Shown piece after piece: positions 49,567-60,597 of a stretch of 64,000 nt of DNA (the stretch's first letter is position 1; the number at the start of each line of letters is the position of its first letter). The translations under genes were made by a program, and so were the position numbers. The stretch is from Octopus vulgaris (lineage: Eukaryota), in the NCBI GenBank assembly GCA_951406725.2, contig OX597818.1, positions 54,002,001-54,066,000 on the forward strand, in the 5' to 3' direction. The notes beneath the pieces were generated by a model, which saw nothing but the letters and a program-made list of their open reading frames with translations, had not been told where the DNA came from and searched no databases.

Positions 49567-51840
49567 TTTCTTTAAACTTGTCTCTGATTGGTTGTAACAA
49601 AAAACACAACCATCTTCAGATTGCCCGCTTTGACTGGAATAAAGCAAACTGGAGCTCTTATTGTACTGAGCTGCAACACCCGAACTGGCGCGAATTTTAT
49701 GCCTCTGGAGATGTGGACACTATACTCCAGAACATTCTGAATTCAATATGGGCAGCATGTGCAGCATCAGTACCACGCAAGCACAAAAAACCACCCAATA
49801 GTGCAATTTGGGAGACTGCAGCAGTCCGACTTGCCAGGAAAGAACGCTGTAATGCTGAACGGGAATACAAATTGCACAAATCAGAGAGCAACAGGAAAAA
49901 GCGCAATAGGTCAGCCAACCACCTCAAGCAGGTGACAAAAAAGGCAGTGCTTGAATTTGAACAACGCATTGCAGCTAACCCTGACAGCAAAGGGTTCTGG
50001 AAGTATGTGCACTCAAGGCAGAGACCCCACTCTCCTGTTGGTCCCCTTCGCAATCCCCACACAGGACAGATTACTGGCAATCCCGAAGAATGTGCAGAAA
50101 TCATTGCTGGATGCTATGCCGGCATCTTTACTGTCGAAGACCAAAATGTTCCATAATCATCACCACTGACATCGGACTCTATATCTTCTATGCAATTTAC
50201 ACCAGCAATGCTGCAACGCCACCTAAAGAATAAACGCAATTATGCCTCTCCTGGTCTCGATGGTGTTACATACCTACTTCTCAAACGCGGTGGGTACTTT
50301 CTTCTAAGCCAACTTTCTCTATTCTTCCAATTCTGTCTTGGCAATGGTGTTACTCCAGAACAGTGGAAAACTGCCAGTGTCATCCCTCTGTTCAAAAAAG
50401 GCGACCGCACATCGCCTGTCAACTATCGCCCCGTCAGTCTTACCAGCTGCATCGCCAAACTGATGGAATCCTGTATCAGAGAAACCCTCTGGAACTTCTG
50501 GAAGTCTCACAGCCTCATCCAGCCGTCACAATTCGGATTTATTCCTAACTCCAGCTGCTGTAATCAACTCATCGAGTTTCTTGAGGATGTTACCCAAGTC
50601 ACTGATCGCGGATCCTGGGCGGATGTTGTTTACCTGGACTTTGCTAAGGCTTTTAACTCTGTGCCACACAAAAGACTTATGGTGAAGCTTTCTGCGTTGG
50701 GTGTAAGAGACGAACTCTATAACTGGTTAAAGTCCTTTATTTTCGGCCGAAAAGAGGTTGTCACAGTTCTAGGACAGCACTGTTCGCCCTATGAGAAGAC
50801 ATCTGGTGTGCCGCAGGGATCTGTTCTTGGCCCCCTTTTATTTGTTGCATATGTTAATGACCTAGATGCCAACTTAAAGAATGCCACAGTGCTGAAATAT
50901 GCAGATGACATCAAGCTGTACCTCGAAATAAAGAGGTCAAATCCTATACACTATGGATCTCTATTGCAAGCAGACCTGGACACAATGCAGCAGTGGATCA
51001 TGGACTGGCAACTCAAGCTGGCTGTGGACAAATGTACCACCATGCATTTTGGGAGGAGAAACCCAGCGTCCACCTACTCCCTCCACAACACTAGTCTCAA
51101 AAAGTCTTCAAGTGAACGTGACCTGGGTGTTATTGTCGACAGTGATTTGCGTTGGACAAAACATCGCCAAAATTGTCAAGAAGGCTGAGGGTGTCTTGGC
51201 ATCACTCACCAAATCCTTTGTGAGCCGCTCTCCGGCTATCTATCTGCGGCTTTATATAGCTATGGTAAGACCTCACCTGGAATTTGCATCACCGGTCTGG
51301 AACCCCTATCTTGCCCAGGACATCAATCGTCTGGAAGCTGTTCAGCGACGTGCAACCAAAAGAATACCCTCCATCAGGCATTTGCCATATCCTGAACGCC
51401 TTACTTCCCTGGGCATGGACACATTGAAACTCCGACGTCTGGCAGCTGACTTGGCAGACACCCATAAAATTATCAACCATCGTACTAACAATAACTCTGA
51501 GCACCTTTTCAAACTCCACCTGTCTAACACCCGTGGACATATTTACAAAGTAAGAAAACAGCACAGCTCCCATGACTTCAGGAAACATTTTTTCACGCTG
51601 AGAGTTGCTGAAGCGTGGAACAAACTGCTGGCATCGGTTGTTAGTTGTCGGAGCACTGCATCCTTCAAGACTTCCATGCTTCCTGAGATTCGCCAACACT
51701 ACACTTGATTTTCTCCCCTCCATACACACACAAGCATGTTCACTTTCCAGACATTTCTACATTACTGCATGTACTTTATATGCACTTTCTGACAAGTTGT
51801 GGTGCACCTGAGCACTGTATACAATAATTTCATTATTATT
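49567..51840 (+). mobile_element. 5'-truncated CR1-clade LINE with RT domain
   Basis: RT motifs NYRPVSLTS, YLDFAKAFNSVPH, GVPQGSVLGPLLF and KYADD; CR1-type C-terminus VRPHLEFASPVWNPY; (ATT)n tail. One in-frame stop (50154-50156) and one frameshift (~51165). Confidence 0.93.
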
Positions 51841-51969
51841 ATCTCAAAATAAATACAGTAACGAAAGGGTTAAATGACTCTTAAAATGGTGGAGGCAGAG
51901 GCTGCAGTATTTCCTTTTTCCTGTATATTTTCATTGTATTTTTTTTAAGGTATCAAAAATATAAATCAT

Positions 51970-52325
51970 TTTTGGATTTGGTTTGCAAAATTCTTTATAT
52001 GAGTTCGTGTGTTGAAGCATATTCTGTTATGTCTGGGGAGAGTCATTTTCTTTTTGTGCCTTATAATGTAACACACTCACTGGTAAAATTTCCACTTATT
52101 TCTTTTTTTATTTTCCTAAAATTTTCGTTGCGTCTTGCATCCTTTTCAATAGTTTAGACTCTCAAAACTCTGAGTTTGACTCTGAGAGTCAAAACTATTG
52201 AAAAGGTTGCAAGACGCAATGAAAATTTTAGGAAAATAAAAATAAGAAATAAGTGGAAATTTTACCGGTGAGTGTGTTAAATTATAAGGCACAAACAGAA
52301 AATGACTCTCCCCAGACACAACAAA
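51970..52325. mobile_element. fold-back element with U3-A8 hammerhead-like motifs in both arms
   Basis: Arms ~52025-52155 and ~52192-52325 are reverse complements; motif CTA-TTGAAAA-G-GTTGC-AAGAC-GCAA(C/T)-GAAA-AT-TT-TAG. A second copy of the family lies at 59430-59740. Confidence 0.6.
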
Positions 52326-52378
52326 AATTCAAATCATTTTATTAAATAATGTCTCTCTTCTCTTATCTTTTTATGTAG

Positions 52379-52474
52379 GAAATTCCTTATATTTGCTCAC
52401 AGTTTAGATTTGTATGTCATTCTGAGACCAGGACCCTATATCTGCTCTGAATGGGATTTTGGAGGACTCCCCAG
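52379..52474 (+). CDS. GH35 beta-galactosidase-1-like gene, exon 4
   Basis: tgtag| ... |gtaacc. Encodes [31 protein letters not shown](S), the GH35 signature [14 protein letters not shown]. Confidence 0.96.
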
Positions 52475-52572
52475 GTAACCAACTGCTCTTACATTTCTTT
52501 AGAGTTTGTGTTTGATAGAACAACCCTTCGATACAACCCTTTGATGTTTTTGTCTCTTTGTTTACAGGCATG

Positions 52573-52890
52573 GCTTTGAGGTACATGCATGATTAAAGTA
52601 CAAGTATAGTTGTGAGGTACATGAGTGGCTCTGAGGTACATGTATGGCTGTGAGGTACAAGTGTGGCTGTGAGGTACATGTGTCGCTGTGAGGTACACAT
52701 GTAGCTGTGAGGTACACATGTAGCTGTGAGGTACACATGTAGCTGTGAGGTGCACATGTAGCTGTGAGGTGCACATGTGGCTGTGAGGTACACATGTGGA
52801 TGTGGGGTACATGCATGACTGAGGTATAGGTGTGGCTGTGAGCTGCAAGGTACATGCATGGCTGTGAGATGCAGGTGTGGCTGTGAGGGT
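52573..52890. repeat. 19-bp minisatellite (GCTGTGAGGTACACATGTA), ~16 units, ~100 bp after exon 4
   Basis: GCTGTGAGG recurs at 52685, 52704, 52723, 52742 ... Confidence 0.93.
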
Positions 52891-53235
52891 GCAGATAAAC
52901 ATATCCATGCTGGTGGCATGTGAAAAGCACCCAGTATTTTCTGTTAAGTGGTTAGCATTAGGAAGGGCTTTCAGCTGTAGAAACCATGCCCCCAACATTC
53001 AATTGGAGTCTGGACAGCTCTCAGCTGGCCAGCTACATGTCTAACCATCCAACCCATGCCAGCATGGAAAGCAGACGTTAAACAATGATGATGATGATGA
53101 CACTCAGCTATTTCAGATGCCCCACCTCACCTATTAGATCTATTAGATCTCTTGTAATTAAATGTCAAAGATTTCTCTTTCATAATTCCAGTCTGTCATT
53201 AATTTTCATGTTTTTCTTCGTTTTTTTTTCCCCAG

Positions 53236-53341
53236 CTGGCTCCTACGTACCCATGCATCTCTCCGTTCTAATTCAGCACCTTACATGTTTGCAGTTGAGA
53301 GATATTTTGCTAATCTGCTGCCACAAGTTGTTGATTTTCAG
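53236..53341 (+). CDS. GH35 beta-galactosidase-1-like gene, exon 5
   Basis: ccccag| ... |gtaatg. Encodes WLLRTHASLRSNSAPYMFAVERYFANLLPQVVDFQ; phase 2-0. Confidence 0.93.
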
Positions 53342-54168
53342 GTAATGATATTCGCATATCTGTTTCTATTGTGTTGCATTTTTGCTGTGGCCATTTTAGA
53401 GATGGCCACAGCTCGTGAGCTGGAACTAGATAAAATAAAATTAAAAAAATAAAATAAAATATGTAGGTGTAGGCATGACTGTGTGGTAAGGAGCTTATTT
53501 CTCAACAACATGGTTGTGGGTTCAGTCCCATTGCATGGCAGGTTGTTCATTTATACATATACATGCACACACACACACACACAGAGCGCCGCCTTGACTG
53601 GCGTCCGTGCTAGTGACATGTAAAAAGCACCAACCGATCGTGACTGTTTTCCAGCCCCCTCGGGCCCCTGTGCCGGCGGCACGTAAAAAGCATCCACTAC
53701 ACTCACAGAGTGGTTGGCAGGAGGAAGGGCATCCAGCTGTAGAAACACTGCCAGATCAGACTGGAGCCTGGTGCAACCTCCTGGCTTCCCAGACTCCGGT
53801 CGAACCGTCCAACCCATGCTAGCATGGAAAATGGACGTTAAATGATGATATATGTATGTGTGTATATGTATATATAGATATGTATAAATACAGTGTACAT
53901 TTAAACACATAAGAGGTATCCGTTATAGGATTCCTGGCACACTAGAAGGAACAGCCAAAATCCAAACCACTATTAGGGACAAAACATCGAAGGGAATGAA
54001 AATAAAAACATTTACCATCTATCTCCTGCACCATGGTTTCTGACTTTCTACACGCTAGGCCACTGGTAGTAAAAATTCCTAAAATCTTTATTACCCACTG
54101 ATATTATTAATTATATATATATATATATTTTATAAAATAAATAAATGAAGAATGATGAAAACAATACA

Positions 54169-54267
54169 TTCCTTTATTTTCGACATATGTTTCGAAGGCT
54201 GCATATTCCTAATTGTGAAGGAATAAGGAGTACATTATGCCGCTTTCTCATCAGGAAAAACAAGGAA
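54169..54267 (-). ncRNA. type I hammerhead ribozyme motif with intact core (left arm of a fold-back, Penelope-like element end)
   Basis: Minus strand reads TTCCTTGTTTTTC-CTGATGA-GAAAGCGGCATA...TATGCAGCCTTC-GAAAC-ATAT-GTC^GAAAATAAAGGAA. Stem I has 11 bp around a 2x2 internal loop, stem II is long, helix III is palindromic (ACATATGT), and the cleavage triplet is GUC. Confidence 0.75.
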
Positions 54268-54297
54268 TTTATGTCAACATTAAGATTCAGACATAAA

Positions 54298-54396
54298 TTC
54301 CTTGTTTTTCCTGATGAGAAAGCAGCATAATGTACTCCTTATTCCTTCACAATTAGGAATATGCAGCCTTCGAAACATATGCCGAAAATAAAGGAA
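54298..54396 (+). ncRNA. hammerhead motif, right arm, cleavage triplet mutated (GCC)
   Basis: Inverted copy of 54169-54267: CTGATGA at 54311, GAAAC at 54372, then ATAT-GCC instead of GTC. Confidence 0.6.
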
Positions 54397-54981
54397 ATTT
54401 GTTAATTTGTCGTTCAACTCCATTCTTTCATTTATTCATAAATTTTATAAAAATACACACAAATTTCCACACAAAAACATGTAGTTCCTGCCCTAGGCAC
54501 GTAACTTCAACCGTGTTATTTCTGATGTGAATTTGCTACCCAGGTATCGGTTAAACGAATTATCCATAAAAAGATATTTCATTTTTCTACTCAAAAATAT
54601 ATATATATATATGTACTTAATAATATCAAGGTAATAAAGATTTGAATGACCCGTCCTTGTTTTCTTTGTATCGTCTATCTGGATGTTTTGCATTTTGTCC
54701 CATTTTGTATTTTATATGTATATATATATATAAGTTTCAGCAAAATTTAGATTCAGATGAATATGGTACTTAAGTTAAAGGCACCAGAATTTGATATGGT
54801 ATTATCCATATAAATCAAATGGGGTGTCCATTTAATTAAAAAATTCTATATGTGGCTGAAGATTGCTTTACATTTTTAAAACTGATGTAATACTTACATT
54901 GTTTAATAAAATGAAGTAGCATGAAACGATTGTACTACACTACCTTGGATATCCTTGTTGCTTATTTTGATTATATATATG

Positions 54982-55145
<164 letters not shown>

Positions 55146-55213
55146 ACTATTGCCATCACTACCACTCACCATTTCTATGTTCCATTGACCTAAAACTCTG
55201 TCTTATGTTGCAG

Positions 55214-55306
55214 TATTTCTATGGCGGACCCATCATAGCTTTCCAACTAGAGAATGAATTTGGTTCCTTCAGTAATGAGGTGCAACACCTGGAAAACCTA
55301 CGAGAG
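55214..55306 (+). CDS. GH35 beta-galactosidase-1-like gene, exon 6 (acid/base Glu)
   Basis: ttgcag| ... |gtctgt. Encodes YFYGGPIIAFQLENEFGSFSNEVQHLENLRE; the GGPII..Q.ENE motif carries the catalytic acid/base Glu. The donor is weaker but phase-consistent. Confidence 0.93.
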
Positions 55307-56989
55307 GTCTGTCCTTGTTTTATTGTTCTGTCCATCATGGGGAATGTTTAAAATGTATGAAACTTGTAAAGTAAGTCTGAACATGTTGCCCGGTGGCATG
55401 TATAAAAAGATTCGAGCGAGGTCGTTGCCAGTACCGCCTGACTGGCCCCCATGCCAGTGGCACATAAAAGCACCCACTACACTCTCAGAGTGGTTGGTGT
55501 TAGGAAGGGCATCCAGCTGTAGAAACTCTACCAGATCAAGATTGGAGCCTGGTGCAGCCATCTGGTTTGCCAGCCCTCAGTCAAAATCGTCCAACCCATG
55601 CCAGCATGGAAAACAGACGTTAAACGATGATGATGATGATGATGATGTGTTGACATGTTAATCAGACAATAGAAATAGCAGCCAAATCTTGCTCAAAATC
55701 ACACCACATAACTTAAATTCTATAGTTATTATCATCGTTACTATTTAACATCCATTTTCCATGATGGCATGGATTGGATGATTTGACAGGCGCTAGTAAA
55801 TCAGGGAGCTCCACTCTCTCTCTGACGTGGTTTCTCTGGCCAGATGCCCTTCCTAACATTAACCACCAAGTAATTCATGAGATCACCAAGTAATTCACAA
55901 GATAAGACCTTTCAACTGAGGGGCACATAAGTACTGTATTGAGTCCTACGATGCCTTAGGGCTGGTTACCCAGTTTGCCAGGCATATCTGTTCTATTGAC
56001 CAAGGCCTAAATTCCCCATAGGAGGAGGTAGCCACAACAAAACACACACCAGGTATTCCATTCATTTCCCAGCTCAAAAAGGTGAGCCCCACCCTATGCT
56101 TGGGTCAAGGCATAGAACGCGACCCCCAATATCAGCAGCAGGGCTTGACAGTATATGCTGGTTCCGTATTCCATCATCATCACCCTCATTCAGCTTGCTA
56201 GAAATAACAATCAAGTTTTCCTCAAATCAAAAATTGCAATCCAAAATTTGAAAGACTGTATTTGAAAATATGCTCCCTGAAATACAAAAACATGGGATGG
56301 TCATGGCTGGAGAGCCTTTGATATTAGGTCTGCTCGATCAATGCTGATTTGGAGCTAAAACGACCACAACCTTTGGAGACAGGATGTAAATACTATAAGA
56401 CATCACACTGAGTACAGTGCAAGTAGGAAAAGATATTGTTGTAACCCCTAAGATGTAGGGATTACGTGATACTACAATCCCTAGGGTGCACTTTGCTAAA
56501 GCCTCCCAAAAACCAAATTATAATATTAAAGTGAAGGATATATTAAGTCTACAAAAGCGAAATCGAATTGAACCAGCCAGGATCCCTGGTCTGGTGGTAC
56601 GTAAAAAGCACTATCCAACTCGTGGCCGATGCCAGCGCCGCCTCGACTGGCTCCCATGCCGGTGGCACATAAAATACACCAATCCGACCATGGCCGTTGC
56701 CAGCCTCGCCTGGCACCTGTGCAGGTGGCATGTAAAAAGCACCCACTACACTCACGGAGTGGTTGGCGTTTAGGAAGGGCATCCAGCTGTAGAAACATTG
56801 CCAGATAAGACTGGAGCCTGGTGCAGCCTTCTGGCTTCCCAGATCCCCGGTCGAACCGTCCAACCCATGCTAGCATGGAGAACAGACGTTAAACGATGAT
56901 GATGATGAATCTGAGGATAGGTACAGCCCATCTCATAGGCCTTTAATCAATTTTCATTGCCCAGTTTTTCCTACAAGGTAGTGACCAAT

Positions 56990-57335
56990 CACCCGTGGAC
57001 ATGTTTACAAAGTCAGAAAACAGCACAGCTCCCATGACTTTCGGAAACATTTTTTTCATGCTAAGAGTTGCTGAAGCATGGAACGAACTTCCAGCATCAG
57101 TTGTTAGTTGTCGGAGCACTGCATCCTTCAAAACTTCCATGCTTCGTGAGATTCGCCAACACTACACCTGATTTTCTCCCCTCCATACACACACAAGCAT
57201 GTATCTGACTCATACATTGTTTGCTTTCCAGACATTTGTACATTACTGCATGTGCTTTATATGCACTTTTGACAAGTTGTGGTGCACCTGAGCACTGCAT
57301 ACAATAATTTCATTATTATTATTATCATTATTATA
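56990..57335 (+). mobile_element. CR1 LINE 3' fragment
   Basis: Matches 51528-51840 including the (ATT)n tail. Confidence 0.9.
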
Positions 57336-58530
57336 AAAGCCTACAAGGTACTGACCAATCAAAAGCCTACAAGGTAGTGACCAATCAAAAGTGGGTGCTG
57401 CTCTTCCTTTTCTAAGATTGTGGAGCAGACATTTTAACTACAAGGCGTTGCCTGTTCCTGAAAATATCTCTGAAAGTAGGCAGGACATATAATATCACCA
57501 AGTCCTTTGACCGGAGGTTGGAAAACCCTTTATATCATGGCCCCACTTCATGGAGTTGTTGATTACTTATTGATTACTTATTGATAATATGAAGATGTAT
57601 AATGAATAAATTTCTTAATTGTAAGACAACAATCTTTTTGATCTTTTGTGTTATTTTTTTTTTCTATTTTTCACCCTTTTTCAAGCCTATCCAGGCTCAT
57701 GGGCCCGGCTTCCCGGTTTCTGTGGCATATATGTTCCCCCCAACTAGACGGGACGCCAGTCCATCACTGCGTTACCTAAGAAGCAAGAAGAAAGAGTGAG
57801 AGAAAGTTGGGGGCGAAAGAGTACAACAGGGGTCGCCACCACCCCCTGACAGAGCTTCATGGAGCTTTTTAGGTGTTTTCACTCAATAAACACATACAAC
57901 GCCCAGTCTGGGAAATCGAAACTGCGATCCTCCGACCGCAAGTCTGCAGCCCTAACCACTGGGCCATTGCGCCTCCACTTTTTGTGTTTTAATTAGAAAT
58001 ATTTAATGAGCTTAATGAAAATATTTAGCATACATAATTGATAAAGGACAATAAAAATTCAATCATATTAAATTGATATTATTGAAATATCAACCTCTAG
58101 CATAGCTTTAAGCCCCCGCCACCCTACTTCCTAGGGTCATTGTTGACTACCTAATGAACCCCCTTCTCTAGGCTATAACCCTAAATGTGTGTGTTGTTTA
58201 AAGTGCAACAAATAAATGAATTAGTTGGAATTAGAATTGTAGATGCCAGCGCCACCCTGACTGGCTTCCGTGCCGGTGGCACGTTAAAAGCTCCAACCGA
58301 TCGTGGACGCCCTGGCACCTGTGCAGGTGGCACGTAAAAAGCACCCACTACACTCGCGGAGTGGTTGGCGTTAGGAAGGGCATCCAGCCGTAGAAACTCT
58401 GCCAGATCAGACTGGAGCCTGGTGCAGCCCCTGGCTTCCCAGACCCCGGTTGAACCGTCCAACCCGTGCTAGCGCGGAAAACGGACGTTAAACGATGATG
58501 ATGATGATGTGGTGTTTGATTTCTTTTCAG

Positions 58531-58612
58531 CTTTTTATCAAGAATGGTGTCCATGAATTATTGCTAATCTCAGATGGATTGTCAGGAATCATAAGAGCTA
58601 CCATTCCTGGCG
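58531..58612 (+). CDS. GH35 beta-galactosidase-1-like gene, exon 7
   Basis: ttttcag| ... |gtaagt. Encodes LFIKNGVHELLLISDGLSGIIRATIPG (ELL..SD motif); phase 0-1. Confidence 0.92.
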
Positions 58613-58914
58613 GTAAGTGCCATGTCTTTCTATTGGTTGCTTTTGTTTGACAGAAATTCTCTGCTAAGTACATTTCCATATAAATATGAATTAGATTTAT
58701 GATGAAATGACTAAATTCCAATATTTGATCCTGTGGCTGGTATGGCTGTATGGTTCAGAAGTTTACTCCCCAACCACATGATTTCAAGTTCAGTTTCACT
58801 GCATGGTACCTTGGGCAAGTGTCTTCTGCTACGGCTTTGGGGTCATGCAAAGCCTTGTGAATGGATTTGGTAAACTGGAACTGAAAAAAGCCATACCAAC
58901 AATCCAATAATACT

Positions 58915-59237
58915 ATTTCATTATTTATATTATTTACATTCAACACATATTTTTCCTCGTCTTGTTTGTTGTTAACACAACATTTTGGCTGATATACCTC
59001 TCCAGCCTTCATTGGGTGTGTTGGGGGAAATTTCAAACCTGGATTCTCATTCCTAAGGTATATCTTTCGATGTTGTTGTTGTTGGCATCGGCGTTGTTGT
59101 CACTGCTTGGAATCGAACTTGGAATCTTAGGGTTAAGAGCACGAGCTACTAACCCCAAGATTCCGAGTTCGATTCCGAACAGTGACCTAAATACTAATGA
59201 TAATAATAATAATAATAATAACAATAATAATAACAAC

Positions 59238-59268
<31 letters not shown>

Positions 59269-59430
59269 TCGAAAAATATACTTTAGGAATGAGAACCCAG
59301 GTTCGAAATTTCCCCAAGACACCTGAAGAAGGCTGGAGGGTATATCAGCCAAAACGTTGTGTTAACAACAAACAAGATGAGGACAAATATCCGTCAAATG
59401 TAAATAATATAAATAATTCCTCATCTCTTG
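58915..59430. mobile_element. head-to-head inverted element: tRNA-like head + (AAT)n + hammerhead-like 3' part
   Basis: Right arm: GGTTAAGAGC... B-box GAGTTCGATTCC (59165-59176), then (AAT/AAC)n, then GACAC-CTGAAGA-A-GGCTG..CAGCC-AAAA-CG-TT-GTGTT (59318-59363). The left arm 58915-59135 is the diverged reverse complement. Confidence 0.6.
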
Positions 59431-59740
59431 CAATATTCTCTATGTGAGTTCATGTGTTGAAGCATATTCTGTTGTGTCTGGGAAGAGTCATTTTCTTTTT
59501 GTGCCTTATAATTTAACACACTCACTGGTAAAATTTCCACTTATTTCTTATTTTTATTTTCCTAAAATTTCCATTGCGTCTTGTAACCTTTTCAATATTT
59601 TTTTTTCAATAGCCAAGACTATTGAAAAGGTTGCAAGATGCAACGAAAATTTTAGGAAAATAAAAATAAGAAATAAATGGAAATTTTACTGGTGAGTGTG
59701 TTACATTATAAGGCATAAAAAGAAAAGGACTCTCCCCAGA
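59430..59740. mobile_element. second copy of the fold-back family with a U3-A8 hammerhead-like motif
   Basis: Near-identical to 51985-52320. + motif 59619-59655: CTA-TTGAAAA-G-GTTGCA-AGA-TGCAAC-GAAA-AT-TT-TAG. Confidence 0.6.
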
Positions 59741-60438
59741 AAAGCACCATCCAATCGTGGCCGTTGCCAGCCTCACCTGGCCCCCGTGCTGGTGGCACAT
59801 GAAAAGCACCCACTACACTCACGGAGTGGTTGGCGTTAGGAAGGGCATCCAGCCGTAGAAACATTGCCAGATCAGACTGGGCCTTTGCAGCCTTCTGGCT
59901 TCCCAGACCCCAGTTGAACCATCCAACCCATGCTAGCATGGAAAGCAGACGCTAAATGATGATGATGATGATGATATATATATATGTATATGTATATAAA
60001 TTAGAACAAAACCACCTTTTATCAATTCAACAATGAAATAATTAAATATAAGATAAAAACTTATACCAATGTACAAAATAATAAATAAAAAGTATATACC
60101 AATCATATACTTTTTATTTATTATTTTGTACATTACTTAATCATTGGTTTAAGTTTTTATCTTATATTTGATTATTTCATTGTTGAATTGATAAAAGGTG
60201 GTTTTGTTCTAATTTATATACATATATTATATTTTGTGAAATTTGATTTAGTATTACTAAATTAAAATTTTCCCTGTAAGTTTGGAATAATATTCCCTAT
60301 TATTATTATTATTATTATTATTACTATTACTATTACTATTATTATCATTATTATTATTATTATATCTCAACAAATAAACCATAAAAAATAAATGTATTGT
60401 TCTGATTCTCATTTTCCTATTATTTTGTTCTTGAACAG

Positions 60439-60597
60439 TTCTATTGACTGCAAACTTTGGTGGCCACCAGAGAGGCAAAGATATATTCAAAGTCATTACA
60501 GACATAAACCCGGAAAACCCGTTAATGGTCATGGAATTTTGGTCTGGTTGGTTTGACCACTGGGGCAACAAGTATCGAGAGTTAAAACCTCTGGAAA
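60439..60597 (+). CDS. GH35 beta-galactosidase-1-like gene, exon 8 (nucleophile Glu)
   Basis: aacag| ... |gttagt. Encodes (V)LLTANFGGHQRGKDIFKVITDINPENPLMVMEFWSGWFDHWGNKYRELKPLE; the PLMVMEFW.GWFD.WG motif carries the catalytic nucleophile Glu. Confidence 0.95.

Noticed and set aside
49542-51708. Host gene or active LINE ORF2
   Set aside because: 5'-truncated (endonuclease largely missing) with a stop and a frameshift; annotated as a dead CR1 copy.
52489-52998. Repetitive minus-strand ORFs (TSQLHVYLTATCVPHS)
   Set aside because: Translations of the 19-bp minisatellite.
54881-54935. Possible further hammerhead (CTGATGT...AAGTAGCATGAAACG)
   Set aside because: The core is broken and stems I/II are too degenerate to support. 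Isolated CTGATGA at ~5266 and ~34854 also lack stem II and GAAA.
55920-56170. GC-richer segment possibly a LINE 5' UTR with an HDV-like ribozyme
   Set aside because: Could not build the nested double pseudoknot by eye, and there is no adjoining ORF.
60257-60571. 104-aa minus-strand ORF overlapping exon 8
   Set aside because: Antisense shadow of the real exon plus an (AAT)n tract.
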